Below are positions 25,072-38,699 of a DNA stretch of 64,000 nucleotides, one piece after another (positions within the stretch are counted from its first letter, which is position 1; the number at the start of each line of letters is the position of its first letter). Below the pieces are notes generated by a model. It was not told the origin of the DNA, made no database searches, and worked only from the letters and a program-made list of their open reading frames with translations. Both the position numbers and the translations under genes were made by a program. Source of the stretch: Felis catus (taxonomy: Eukaryota); NCBI RefSeq assembly GCF_018350175.1, contig NC_058368.1, forward strand, positions 10,602,001 to 10,666,000, in the 5' to 3' direction.

Positions 25072-26929
25072 GAAATGATGCGTGATATTTTTATGAATAA
25101 AATAACGTTTCTCCTACAAAACCAAAATAAAATCACTTCCAATACCTAAGTAAGGCACGCTAAGTAGTACTTAATTTCCACTGAAAGTTTCCATAAAATC
25201 CAGAGGTATCTAGTGATTAGCCATGTCTCCTAAGTGTCTGCTCAGTTTGTACAGAGATGAATGCTTCTTCCTTTACCATCATCTGTTGAACATTCACTTA
25301 GTATCTGGTGGGGATCACCCAGGAGAGACACCTCCCTTTCAAAAGCAGCGAGGTCCAGATCTCATCCGGCACATGTTGAGAACTGACACTTGTAATACAC
25401 ATACATGTGGGGTTTTCCCAACCCACGCAGGGCCACTCTTCGTATTTTATCATTAGAGCTCCCACCACTGTTTTCTCGTAGCCAGATATCTCATTACAGG
25501 AATGATCACCGCTGTAACTGTAACATGTTAAGTAAACCCACATGTGGAACATTATCCAACACAGTGGAGACGATCATTTACCCAGGAATTTTTGTCACAG
25601 TGCGACTGGAACTCTTAAACAGCTGCAATGTGTGATGATGGCTTTCCTTTAGCGATTAAAAAAAAAAAAAAATCCTGGCTTAAATGTGCTTTTATTTTGC
25701 ACATTTCTGTGTTTCTCCAAAACCATTTTGACTTCTGGTTCAAATTCAGGCACATTCCAAAGGGGGGAAAAGGTGGTTTGTGTTTATGATGTTAGTATGA
25801 CACGAGTGCAGAAATGTCTTTTATTTATAGCTTCAAATTTATACCACCGTCTAATGCCAGAAGAGATTTGAGGTGGTACATGGAGATGTTGACTTTGCTC
25901 TTATCTGGGCACCTTAAAATGTAATTTATGCTGCCTGTTTTGGCCCGTATATTTGCCGCTTCTTGGCATTTGGTGATTAATGTGTGTGCGTGGAACGAAA
26001 CTGATACTGAAGGTATAAAACATCCTCTCATCTGTGAGGTCTTGGCAAGCACTGGGAAAGCTGCAAGAGGGTGTAATTTGAAATTGCACACTAGGTGCAA
26101 ACGAGTTGAATGGCTGTTTTAATTTTAAAGAGGAACTCAGATTGAAAGATGAAATCGTTTTCACAAAAGCATTTCTGCCAGAAAACCGTTACCGCCTCCT
26201 CCTCGACACTCTCTGCAGGTGCAACAACCCACCCCTGGCATCACTTTGAGAAAAGGAAGTGTGAGGCATGCCCAGAAGGCGGGACTGTGCTGCTGGATCA
26301 CTCCTGGTGGCCTCCGGGGACTAGAGGACACCCTGACATATTTGCATTTGCACGATGTCACCTTTTAAAACTCTTGGGGAAAAACAGTCAGATAAGGTGG
26401 ACATCGTGTACACAATGCAACTTTTGTATTAATTTCTCTCTCCAATGTCGTATTTCACGCTACATTTAGGGAAGTGAAATAAGGAAGAAGAGCGGGAGCA
26501 GGGCGATGGAGAAGGAGGAAGGCGAGGCTGGGAGGCAGAAAGGCTTCAGTAGACACTTGTGTCGTGTTTCATTGGGCGAGTGACTGACCATACATTTAAT
26601 GGGTTGGCAGGTGGTTGATGGCTGCTTCCCCAGAGTTGACTGGGTGCTTTGGCTTGGCAATTTCTTTGGGTGAAAGGGCGAAGCCCTTGTAGCCGTCCCC
26701 ACTGCTTTCCAATTCTTTTTCTGTGCCACTCTCCTTCACTCCCTTAGGTTTCCTCCTTCCTCCGGGTACTTTTTCTGGGAGAACAGCCCACCGGGGGAAG
26801 AGTCTTGGCCATGTAGAGGCATGAGATCAAAGATAGAGAGCTCCTCTCTGCACGGCTGGGGAGTCTCAGCCTGCTGCACCTGGGTAGGAGACCAACAGGT
26901 CCTGGCCCTCCGTTTCTTATTTGCAACAT

Positions 26930-27107
26930 CAGGAGGTGTGCATATTGAGGGGCTCCAAATTAAAATCATTTGCGTTTATTAAAAAGCCACTTTCCTGGAC
27001 TCTACCGTGGACCAAGTAAATATTCTCTGTGGGTAGGGCCCCCAAGTCTGAGTTTTTAATCATCTCCTAAAATGATGTGAATCCTTCTTAAATCTGATAC
27101 CCACTGG
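26930..27107. mobile_element. MER5A-like hAT relic
   Basis: tctctgtgggtagggcccccaagtctgagtttttaatcatctcc...tctgatacccactgg. Confidence 0.5.
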
Positions 27108-27130
27108 GCTCTCATCCAGATTGACTCGTT

Positions 27131-27329
27131 AAAAATGTTAATGTTTGTTTTCGAAAGAGACAGAGCATGAGTGGGGAGGGGCAGAGAGAGGGAGACGCTG
27201 AATCCAAAGCAGGATCCAGGCTCTGAGCTGTCAGCACAGAGCCCGACGCGGGGCTCGAACTCACAGACCGCGAGATCATGACCTGAGCCAGATTCGGACA
27301 CTTAACCAGCTGAGCCACCCAGGCGCCCC
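27131..27329 (-). mobile_element. CAN-SINE
   Basis: ...gagcccgacgcggggctcgaactc...tgagccacccaggcgcccc. Confidence 0.95.
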
Positions 27330-29763
27330 ACCGTCTCGATTAACTCTTACTTACAAGTTCAGAACTAACATTCTATGGTTCTAAGGCCATTTGAGTTTGT
27401 CTCACTTTATTCCCCCTAAGGAGAAGCCTTGGGTCACAGATGTCCAGCAAGAACTCTCTGAGAGTCTCATCCTCATCAGCCCTAAAATCTGCAAACATCT
27501 TCCTCAGCATATTATGTCTTGGCAGGCACGGGACGCAGGTGCAATGGATGTGTCAACCACTGTGGAGCTGGGGGCTGGGTTGATCCCAGTGTAACCTAGC
27601 CCCTGCTCCCTGCTCACGGTCACGAGGGGGCATCAAAAGACACTCATGAGGAGCAGAATGATGCAATCAGCTGCTGCATCAGTAGGCAAATTCCATGGCA
27701 AAGAGATCGATATTTGACAGAAGCAATGAGATGAAGAACCGGGTCAGGCTGGAGGCAGAACATTCTGGATGACGTTAGGATTATCAGGAAGCTGAGGAAG
27801 AAGCACACGGGGTCAGACTACGCAAAGAGTCCAAAAAGATCAGAGACAGACTCAGCCTATTCCTGAGAGAGAGCAGATACTTTCAGAATGACCTGTAGTG
27901 CTGGGCTTCTGGGGCGTTCTCAAGGGCTGCAGGAAGAGTCTGCCACTCTGAGAAACCCTATTGACGTAAAGTCCTAGAAATATTGCCAGCTGTCTGAGAA
28001 GAGCCAGACTCCTCTTCAAGGATCTTTTCTTCCCAGGGCTCACTAAAACAAAATAATAACTCGTTCTCTCTGGGCCTCAGTTTTCTCATCTGTAAGATGC
28101 GGATGTTGAACTAGATGATCCCTACAGTGTCTTCCGGTTCTGTGTTTCCAGGGAAACAAAAGAAAATGAATGATGGAGACGGGAAAAAATGAAAAGGGAT
28201 TGTTACACCAGATAGGAAGGTGGGGCGGCAGAGTTTTCTGGAGGTAGAATTGCTGAAGGGCAGAAGGAAAGCTTGACCAGAGGAGATGACTGGGCAGACC
28301 AGATGTGGGCAGGGACAGGAGACATGCCTCCAGAGACCAGCGTGCACACCTTGGATCTATCGTGGCCTTGTAGGGGAGCCAGAAAGAGGTGATGCTCAGT
28401 CTGAGACTCTACAAAGTCAAGGAGCAGGCAACACTCCTCGATGTAACCACCACTAAGAGTACGCTCCAATCTTTCATCTGCTTTCAAGGTGCCACTGCTA
28501 CTTTTGTAGCATTGTGTAAAATACGGCCACGCATTAAGGGCCCCAGGGAATATTAGTTCTACTCAAATCCTCAATAATGGCGACCATCAACCTTCCAGAC
28601 AGCAAGTAGACCGTCCACGGTATTTTTAAAAGCCTGAATAAACCGAAAGAAAACTCAACACGCATGTTGTGTTCTGTGGCCTCAGGCCCCCAGTGTACTT
28701 CTAGTTTCCATGCTTCCAGCAGAAGGTTCCTTTTGAGGGTAGTTACTGTCCCACGTGAGGTGTGCCACCCTCAGCTGCAAGCCTTCCCAGTCAGAAAGTA
28801 GTAGCTTCTCGAGCAGGGACTACAGCTCTAGAAGACAGTGCCTGGTGAGGGACCTTTTTGGGGGGTGCATCTTATCCCCCACGCACCTAGAAACTCAACC
28901 AGGGATGGGACTTCCTCAGAGTCACATATACAACCCTTCTTGTGGAGTTTAAGTTTGCCCTGGACTGCACAGAACACATCAGCCCCAGTTCTCTCTTCAG
29001 ACAAGGTAACCGACACCTCCTTGAAGCCCCAAACTCTTTCTTCTGCAACTCCCGGCAACAGAGATAGATGTTCTTTCACTGAAGAACGTGTCCCTTTGCA
29101 TGTTGGGCTGATGGGGCTTCCAGACTGGGTCCCTCACACTCTGGGATCTGTTAGAACAGGGAGGTGTGGTCACTGAATCATTCAGGGATCTTCTACTCCT
29201 ATCTTTGGTCACCAAAATGTACTTGAGAAGAGTGAAAGGGGCAAGTCACTTCTCATTGCTTTAGGATTGCAGCAAAGGGGGCTACACACACTCACAGTGA
29301 CTGAATATCCTTAATATACAAAAAGGGGATGCATTTACTCTTGGAAAGCTCTCATCAGGGATGGTTGCTAAACTAAGACTGGAAGGGCTGAAGTAGACTA
29401 AAAGCCACGTATCATAGATGTTAGGCTGCCTCTAGGAAGTAAAGGTCGAGACCTAATAGGTATTTTCTTTGTGATGTGAACTGGAAAACGGATTGTGTTC
29501 TATCGACTGTTGTCCAAATAAACTAGTCTTTCTTCAACTCTGTCCTTTCTGGCCTTTACCCTATTTAATTTTCATTTTGATATTACATTTTTCATGTCCG
29601 AGTTGGTTGTTTTTCTTTGCTATTGTACCTGTTTCATTTTTCCTTGTTTTTGTTTTATGGAGTTTTTTCCTTTTCTTGTTAAAAGAAGGAATGCCTCAAT
29701 TTCTTCCTGAACACATTTAGCATACTTATTTAAACGTTTTGTCTAAAATAGTCTATAAAATTT

Positions 29764-29979
29764 GGGGCACCTGGGTGGCTCCATAGGTTGGGCGTCCGAC
29801 TTCAGCTCAGGTCGTGATCTCGTGGTTGGTGACTTCGAGCCCCGCATCGGGCTCTGTGCTGACAGCTCGGAGCCTGGAGCCTGCTTCAGATCCTGTGCCT
29901 CCCTCTCTCTCTGGCCCTCCCCCGCTCACACTCTGTCTCTGTCTCTCTCAAAAATAAATAAATGTTAAAAAAATTTTTT
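29764..29979 (+). mobile_element. CAN-SINE
   Basis: Head, CT repeat and A tail; TSD aaatagtctataaaatt on both sides. Confidence 0.95.
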
Positions 29980-30624
29980 TAAATAGTCTATAAAATTGAG
30001 TCCATAAAATATTCTGTAAGAATGTGTATATGGTTGATTTTGTCGGCTTTTTAAATATTAGATTCCAGAGTATTTTGGTCTCTCTCTCTCAGGCCAACGG
30101 ATTTTCAAGTGCCTTATCCTGGCCCTCTGAGCCTCTAAATTAAGAGGAGTAAGAGTAGTTTGGATGCCTGTTCTGCTGTGATATTGGGGATATCCCCTTG
30201 CACAGGCAGCAGGCAACTTGGCTTGCTGTCTCAAATTTCCATGAACCAACATGCTGCTTTCTCAGATCCTCAGCTCTCTGAAGACCAGAGCTCCAGGAGG
30301 AAGGACATTTGCCACATTAGCTTGCTTTTGTTGTTTAGTCTCTTTTTTCTGATTAAGGAGAGCCCCACCTCAGGCCCTGCCTTCATGCTGCGAGCCTGGC
30401 CCCTGCCCTGTATGTGATGGAGAACTTCCAGTTCCCTTTACCCCGCAGATCTTTGCCTCCTGGTAGCCACCGCCCGTGTCCAGACCCAGAGCCTGGTGGG
30501 CTTCTGGGTTCAGCCAGCTCACAATTTTTCATTTCTCTTCCATTTCTGGTCCACGGTGATATTTATCTTGTTTTTATTTATGGCTAAGGTCTTTCATGTC
30601 TCTTTTTAAATATGTTCCCCGTCA

Positions 30625-30871
30625 GGAGCGCCTGGGTGGCGCAGTCGGTTAAGCGTCCGACTTCAGCCAGGTCACGATCTCGTGGTCCGTGAGTTCGAGC
30701 CCCGCGTCGGGCTCTGGGCTGATGGCTCAGAGCCTGGAGCCTGTTTCTGATTCTGTGTCTCCCTCTCTCTCTGCCCCTCCCCTGTTCATGCTCTGTCTCT
30801 CTCTGTCCCAAAAATAAATAAACGTTGAAAAAAAAAATTAAAAAAAAAATAAAATAAAAAATAAAAAAAAA
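30625..30871 (+). mobile_element. Young cat-type SINEC_Fc
   Basis: gtggcgcagtcgg...cttcagccagg diagnostic head, long A tail, perfect 18-bp TSD taaatatgttccccgtca (30607-30624 / 30872-30889). Confidence 0.97.
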
Positions 30872-31189
30872 TAAATATGTTCCCCGTCATTGCTATACTT
30901 CACTTATTTCTATATGTGTAACCTTACAGAGTGAACACTTGGCTATCGCTCTAAAATTGTGGTTACATGCCTTCACTCACCTAGGCAAGTCCTGCTATGC
31001 CTTTACACACTTCACAAACATTTGTTAGTACTTAATGTGTGCGGATCACTCTTCTAATCTCTATGCGAGTGTGTGTAGACAAGTGGTGGGTGGTTATAAA
31101 ACTCTTTAATTTCCAGGTCCTTTTAATTCAGTCTAGGGTTAACTCTTACACTCAAGTAACTATCATGTGGACGGTGCACAGCATCTTCT

Positions 31190-31385
31190 GAACCAAAAGT
31201 CAGGGCTGTCTAATTCTAAGGAAGCAATTTAATCTTCCTGACCTGTTTCCCCATCAACAAAATTGTAACAAAAACAGCACCTACTACTTAGAGTCATTTT
31301 GGGGATTAAATAATATAACCCAAGTAAAGCACTTGGCTCAGTGTCTATCTTAAGGAAAGCACTCAGCGATATTAGCTACCATTAT
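31190..31385 (+). mobile_element. MIR
   Basis: ggggattaaataatataacccaagtaaagcacttggctcagtgtct...gcactcagcgatattagct. Confidence 0.6.
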
Positions 31386-31880
31386 CTTGATAGGCAATGT
31401 GCCACCTTCAATCACCATGATTTAAAAATATATATCAGTGGGGTCTCCTAGGCAAAATGTTTTCTCCTCCCTAAATTCTTGTTATTCCTCTGTGGTAAAA
31501 GGAACTTTTCACCACCTCTGTTCCTGCGCATCCGCACCTCTGCCAAGGAGGGATTTTTCTAGCAGAATAATACATCTGTGTTATGCATGAGATAGGTTGG
31601 TTTTGAAAGGGCTCTGCTAGGAAGATAGTGAGAATGCACCATTCCACCTTTGAAAGTAGGGATGGATTTCCCAGAGCTCATACACAGGGTCAGTGACAAA
31701 GGAGGTATTGAGGGTAGACGGATGGTAGGAAGGGAAGGAAGAAAGGATATCAAGAAAGAAGGGACTTCTGGAAGCCCATATGAGAAAGCTTCTGCTTCAT
31801 CTGGGAACAGTGAAGAGATATTTTAAACCATTCTATCCACTCCAAGAATATTTGTGATTGGCCGTGAATACAATGGGGTT

Positions 31881-32127
31881 CTTTCTTTCTTTCTTTTTTT
31901 TTTTTTAATTTTTAATGCTTATGTATTTTTGAGAGAGAGAGAGAGAGAGAGAGGGACAGAGCATGAGCAGGGGAGAAGGCAGAGAGAGGGAGACACAGAA
32001 TCGGAAGCAGGCTCTAGGCTCTGAGCTGTCAGCACAGAGTCCGACGCAGGGCTCAAACTCAAGAATGGTGAGATCATGACCTGAGCCGAAGTCGGATGCT
32101 CAACTGACTAAGCCACCCAGGAACCCC
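31881..32127 (-). mobile_element. CAN-SINE
   Basis: Poly-T, (GA)n, SINE body and head. Confidence 0.95.
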
Positions 32128-34586
32128 TCTATAGGATTCTATCTGCTAACAGACAATCCTTTGACCCACTACAGAAATGGCTGGGCTAATTCAGCTTTTA
32201 CCAAGATAAAAGCTTGGTTCCCTGGGATACCAAACCTAGACCACCATGGGAAAAGATCATCGTGAAGACTGCCGTTAAGTAGTGCCTGACCGCACACTGC
32301 CGTAACTCCTGTGCAGATATTTGGGTCCAGGAAGAGTTCTGGGGTGGCCCTTCACATTCAGCGTCTTAAAACAACAGAAGAACACAATATTTAAAACTGA
32401 GACTCTTCTGGAAAATCTAAGATGAGTGGACACCAGAGCAGGGTAGATGCCAAACAAATCATTGGGCAGGAGAAAGGCTTGAGGGCTATTCCTTCCTAAT
32501 AAAGGGCCAACAGGTGCCATGCTCAGAAAGCCCATCTGAGTGAACTCAGCAATATAAAATTGGAATCACGATGAGAGGTATGTTTTATTTATTTTTCCCT
32601 GTTTTACAGCCACAAAGACAGCTGAAAAGGGAAACTGAACGTTGGCCTGTTTGGGTGATTAAAATGAGAAGGCCATAGGGGAGGTAAAACAAGAAAAAAA
32701 CTCCACACATGGCTCAGTGCCCCCTGGTCAAGTTCATTTGGGTGAACACAGGAAAAAAAAGTAAGCCTTTGAACATAGTCCAAGACTTAGGATGGATTTA
32801 AAGAAAACAGTCAACTAGCCACTCTAATTTTTCATAACCTCGCTATCATAGTAATAATATTTTTGACATACTGAAACTTCTGTAAGTTAAAATAACTTGA
32901 ATAGCCACCTTATTTCAGCAGCATCAGGCAGTGTTGAGATCTGTTTTTAAATGTTCTCTTAGATCTGGTGGAGGGTAGAGGAAAGGTAATAAGCTTCGAG
33001 TTTTGCTGAATCTCATTCTGAGAGTGTTTACTGAGCCTGCTCAACCCCCCCAGGTACTGGGCTATGTACCAGGACTTCCCAGATGTGGAGTAATTTCCTT
33101 GGCCTCCAAATGCCAGATGCTGAAGTTGGGATTTCATTAATATATTCACGTCAGGAGCTGGAAAACATTTTTATTTCCTCCAAAATTCATCTTCTCCACA
33201 CTGAAAATTAGAAAATCTAGAGGGAGTTTACTGCTTTCTGGGGCTTTGAAGGAGAAACGCCTGGAACATGTATCAGTTGCCAAGCTGGGCACAGGCCTAT
33301 AAGACCCATCAGGGGTCTGGGTGGCCCTGTACATATGACTTCAATGTTTGGGTTCAGTTTTACGTCTCTCTCCAGGACATTTAAAAACGAGTTAAGATCT
33401 ACTCAAAATAAAAGAGGGCCATTTCAGTCAGTCTAAAATGAAGAGGGAAATTGGAACGGCATGAATGTTAGGGTTCAGAGAGGCAGATCTTAGGTCACAA
33501 AATACCTAGCTCTGCCAAATCCAAACCCCAAAGCAGAGCAACGTCAAGGTGCTTTTGGCTAAACCCAGCCGAGAACACCCACCTGGGATGGCTCAGGATT
33601 TATCTCAAATTTGACTGTTTTTTTCTACATTACCTCAAATACTGATACAATGCCAAAATAGAACCAAGTTCCTAAGTTGGATGACCAAGGCTTCCTGTTG
33701 GAAAGCAGGTAATTTTCCACTTGATCGTTTGAGCTGAATGGTTTTACGGAGCATCTGGTTCAAGTCACAAATTTAACAGAATCAGAATTTAAAAACAGCT
33801 TTCTTTTTGAAACGACTGTTCCTTATCTAAGTGCTACAATCTACTAAAAACTGCAACTTGTTAATTGTCTTAATTTCTTCAATTTTCCTCTTCACAGCTC
33901 CAATTTACATCTACTGTTGTCACTCCTGTTTTTTTTTTCCCCCAACAATGCTTACTTTCTTACTGCTTAATTTCTTACTGCTTGCCACTTTTTGAATATT
34001 CCTATATTTTGATGATCTTGTTCTCACTGATTTATGTATTTCTTTGTTCTTGTATCTTATCCTTACAATAAATGCTCCATGCTCTTCTTTCATAATATGT
34101 CTGCTTGGAAAATTAGGCTTTAATATTTTCCAACATTTTTTTTTCTTTAACATTGTTTGCTACCTCCATGTTTTTAGGATGATACTTTTACCAGTTCTCA
34201 AATATTGCCAGAAGGAATCAATTAACATTTTCTCTAGACTTTTTCTTGGAAATAAAAGGACAATAAATAATTTTCCTCACACTAAAAAATGGAACACAAA
34301 ATTGTCCTCATGTTCATCATGGTCAGTTCAGATTTTAGATTTGAAAATAATGTCCAAGCGCAAAGGAAATTTGAGGACCAAAGAAGGCTATTAAAAAAAA
34401 AAAAACCTCAAAAAAAATTTAATTAGTTAACTAATAAAGGAAAACCATCACGTGGTTGCCAGATTATTAGAAAAATATTTTTTACTGGGTTAGACTATAT
34501 AAAAACTATGACATTTAAAATAATACTATCTTGTCTGAATGGGTGAAACAGAATGTTCTTGGATGCATTAAAACACGCACTTTTTA

Positions 34587-36700
34587 GCAGAAAAAGAAAT
34601 TAAGGAAACAATCCCATTTACAATCACATCAAAAAGAATAAAATACCCTGAAATAAATTTAACCAAGAAGGTGAAAGACCCAAACTCTGCAAAGTATAAA
34701 GACACTGATGAAAGAAACGGAAGACAACACACATAAATCGAAAGATACGCTATTCTCATGAATTGGAAGAATTAAAATTGTCAAAATGTCTACACTGCCC
34801 AAAGCAACCGACAGATTCAATGCAATCCCTGTCAAAATGTCAAAAGCATTTTTCACAGAACCAGAACAAATAATCCTAAAATCTGTATGGAACCACAAAG
34901 ACCCCACCCAAATAGTCAAGGCAATCTTGAGAAAGAACACAGCTGGAGGTATTACAATCCCAGATTTCAAGATATTCTATAAAGCTATAGTAAACAAAAC
35001 AGCATGGAATTGGCAGTTAAAAAGACACATAGACTGGGGCGCCTGGGTGGCTCAGTCGGTTAAGCGTCCAACTGCAGCTCAGGTCACGATCTCGCAGTCC
35101 GTGAGTTCGAGCCCCGCGTCGGGCTCTGGGCTGATGGCTCAGAGCCTGGAGCCTGCTTCCGATTCTGTGTCTCCCTCTCTCTCTGCCCCTCCCCCGTTCA
35201 TGCTCTGTCTCTCTGTCTCAAAAATAAATAAACATAAAAAAAAATTAAAAAAAAAAAGACACATATACCAACAGAACAGTCAGCGTAGAAGTAAACCCAT
35301 GCGTATACGGTCCATTAATGTACAATAAAAGAGGAAAGAATATACAATGGAAAAAGGACAGTCTTTTCAATAAAAAAGTGTTAGGAAAACTGGACAGCTA
35401 CATGCAAAAGAATGAAACTGGACCACTTATACATACACAAAAGTAAATTAAAAATGGATTAAATACATAAAGGTAAGACTTGTAACAAAAAAACTCTTAA
35501 AAAAACATAGGTAGTAATCTCTTAGACATTGGCCTTAGTGACATATTTCTGAATATGTTTCCTCAGGCAAGAAAAACAAAAGCAAAATTAACTATTGGGG
35601 TTATATCAAACTAAAGTCTTTTCCACAGTGAAGGAAACCATTAACTAAACAAAAAGGCAACCTCCTGAATGAGAGAAGATATTTGCAAATAATATATCTG
35701 AGAAGGGATTCATATCCAAGATATATAAAAAACTCATACAGCTCAACACCATAAAAGCCAAATAATCCAATTAAAATGGGCAGAGGACCTGAACAGACAT
35801 TTTCACAAAGAAGACATCCAAATGGCCAACAGACATGAAAAGATGCTCAACATCACTAATCATCAGGGAAACGCAAATCAAAACGACAGGAGATATCTCC
35901 TCATACGAAACAGAATGGCTAGAATCAAACAGACAAGAAATAACAAGTCTTGGTGAGGATTTACAGAAAAGGGAGCTACTGTGCGCTGTTGGTGGGAACG
36001 TATATTTTATACAGCCACTGTGGAAAACGGAGGTTTTGAGGAGGTTCCTCAAAAAAAATAAAAACAAAACTACCATACAATCCAGTAATTCCACGGCTAA
36101 GTATTTCCCCAAAGAAAATGAAAACATTAATGAACCCCTATATTTACTGCAGCATTACTTACAATAGCCAAGATATGGAAGCAACCTAAAGTGTTCATCG
36201 AGAAATGAATGGGTAAAGAAGATGCGGTATGTATGTATAATGGAATACTACTCGGCCGCAAAAAAGAATGAAATCTTGCTATTTGCAGCAGCATGGATGG
36301 CCCCAGAAAATATCATGCTGAGTGATGGAGGTCTCAGTGGAAAATGACAAATACCACATGATTTCACTTACATATGGAATCGAAACAACAGAGTAAACAA
36401 AAACCAACAGATTCATAAACACAGAGAATTGATGGCTGCCAGAGGGTAGGGGCAAAATACGTGAAGGGAATTAAGAAGTACAAAATCCCAGTTACGAAAT
36501 AAATGAGTCATAAGGATGAAAAACACAGCACAGGGAACTTAATAATATTGTAATAACATTGTCTGATAACAGAGGGTAACCACGCTTATCATGGTGAGCA
36601 CTAGAAATGTATAGAGTTGTCAAACATTGCACACCTGAAACTAATATAACATATGTCAGCTTAATTTTAATTACAAAAATAAAATACTGAAAGAAAAAAA
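34587..36700 (+). mobile_element. 5'-truncated L1 (L1MA9/L1_Carn-like): degraded ORF2 3' half and 3'UTR
   Basis: ORF2-like translation [17 protein letters not shown]...; L1MA9-type 3'UTR; degenerate flanking repeat aaaacac..gcacttttt. Confidence 0.92.
35036..35252 (+). mobile_element. CAN-SINE nested in L1
   Basis: Full SINE; TSD aaaagacacata. Confidence 0.95.
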
Positions 36701-36789
36701 CACACAATGCACTTTTTCTGCTGATATTTAAATGTCCCATGTTTGCTTGCAAATGTCAGCGAAAGTAATCATTAAAATAGATGTTGAGA

Positions 36790-37003
36790 GGGGCACCTGG
36801 GTGGCTCCGTCAGTTAAGTGTCTGACTCTTGATTTCAGCTCAGGTCATGATCCCCGGGTCATGGGATGGAGCCCCCCTGTCCCCATGGTGGGCTCTGCAC
36901 TGGCAGTGGAGTCTGCTTAAGATTCTCTCTGTCTCTCCCTCTGCTCCTCTCCCCAGCTCATGCTCTCTCTCTCTCTCTCTCAAACATAATAAATTAAAAA
37001 AAA
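36790..37003 (+). mobile_element. CAN-SINE (older subfamily)
   Basis: Head, CT repeat and tail; TSD core atgttgaga. Confidence 0.92.
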
Positions 37004-37477
37004 TATATATATGTTGAGAGAATGAGATAGTGTTACATAAAATTTCCACACCTTCCTCCGTGGTAACATATGCTTGGTTTAGTATCCTTAGGAAACGTTT
37101 TGCAACTAACTCCAGTCTTAGAATAAATGCTAAACAACAAACTACTGCTAAGTAACAACATTCATGAAACATGGTCCCTTTATTTTTACCACTGAAGTAT
37201 CATCATTTTAATACTAGAAGTTTCAAATCAATTTCTTTTTCCAATATGCATGTCTAGAAGCTATAAAATCAGGTATGAGCCATGTGAAGATTTACTTTAA
37301 AAGTTATGTGTTGAATTATTCATTCCAAGAATACCTGATATGGTCAGATACTATATCGAAGTTCTTGGACAGTTATCTTGGAGGCTTTTTACTTGTTTTG
37401 TATAAAATCGTCACTATTTCATCTACCTAAATATGTTACAGCCTGGTAAAAACAGCTTAAAAAGATTTCCATCATTA

Positions 37478-37704
37478 GGGCCACCTGGGTGGCTCCGTTG
37501 ATTAAGCATCCAGCTCTCGGTTTTGGCTCAGGTCATGATCTTGCAGTTTCATGGGTTCGAGTCCCATATCGGTCTCTGTACTGACAGTGTGGAGCCTGCT
37601 TGCGATTCTCTTTCTCCCTCTCTCTCTCTCTCTCTCTCTCTGCCCCTCCCCTACTCACACTGTCTCTGTCTCTCTCAGAATAAATAAACTCAAAAAATTA
37701 AAAA
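37478..37704 (+). mobile_element. CAN-SINE
   Basis: TSD aaagatttccatcatta/aaatatttctatcatta. Confidence 0.92.
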
Positions 37705-37736
37705 AAATATTTCTATCATTAAAAAATACCCATACC

Positions 37737-38383
37737 GAACCCTCTTGCACTGTTGGTGGGAATGCAAATTGGTGCAGTCGCTCTGGAAAGCAGTGTGGAG
37801 GTTCCTCAGAAAATTAAAAATAGACCTACCCTATGACCCAGCAATAGCACTGCTAGGAATTTATCCAAAGGATACAGGAGTACTGATGCATAGGGCCACT
37901 TGTACCCCAATGTTCATAGCAGCACTCTCAACAATAGCCAAATTATGGAAAGAGCCTCAAGGTCCATCAACTGATGAATGGATAAAGAAATTGTGGTTTA
38001 TATACACAATGGAATATTACGTGGCAATGAGAAAAAATGAAATATGGCCTTTTGTAGCAACGTGGATGGAACTGGAGAGTGTGATGCTAAGTGAAATAAG
38101 CCATACAGAGAAAGACAGGTACCATATGTTTTCACTCTTATGTGGATCCTGAGAAACTTAACAGGAACCCATGGGGGAGGGGAAGGGAAAAAAAAAAAAA
38201 GAGGTTAGAGTGTGAGAGAGCCAAAGCATAAGAGACTGTTAAAAACTGAGAACAAACTGAGGGTTGATGGAGGGTGGGAGGGAGGGGAGGGTGGGTGATG
38301 GGTATTGAGGAGGGCACCTTTTGGGATGAGCACTGGGTGTTGTATGGAAACCAATTTGTCAATAAATTTCACATAAATATAAA
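37737..38383 (+). mobile_element. Young felid L1 (L1_Fc-like) 3' fragment with open ORF2 C-terminus (37745-38152)
   Basis: [42 protein letters not shown]...MFSLLCGS with no stops; 3'UTR with G-rich tract; perfect 16-bp TSD aaaaaatacccatacc (37721-37736 / 38384-38399). Confidence 0.96.
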
Positions 38384-38699
38384 AAAAAATACCCATACCT
38401 ACTTAAAAATCTTTCATGCCTATGACATCTCTTACTCCAGCCTTCTCTTTATAATTAATTTAAAAAATACAAAGTCTTCTTTCAAAATGTATTTTAAACA
38501 AATATAGGAATATATTCTCTGTGAAATATGCAGACATTATGAATTAAGCTAGTGTTCCTCAACCCTCCACTTCCAATCCCGATTCCCTTCCTAGAATTGA
38601 CTGTTGCCAGTTCATTGTATATAATCCCAGACTTTTTATTTCCTCTGTGTACTTTCATCTATATTTATATCTATAACCATATGGTCATTTGATCCATTG

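Noticed and set aside
25298..25552. Possible minus exon and an acatgtggg/cccacatgt inverted repeat
   Set aside because: Poor polypyrimidine tract, unrecognised peptide, and the inverted repeat is short enough to be chance
30625..30710. tRNA-like A/B boxes in SINE heads
   Set aside because: tRNA-derived SINE promoter followed by a CT repeat, A tail and TSD; not a tRNA gene
34786..35328. 180-aa ORF, the longest in the window
   Set aside because: Degraded L1 ORF2 read through an inserted SINE; not a host gene
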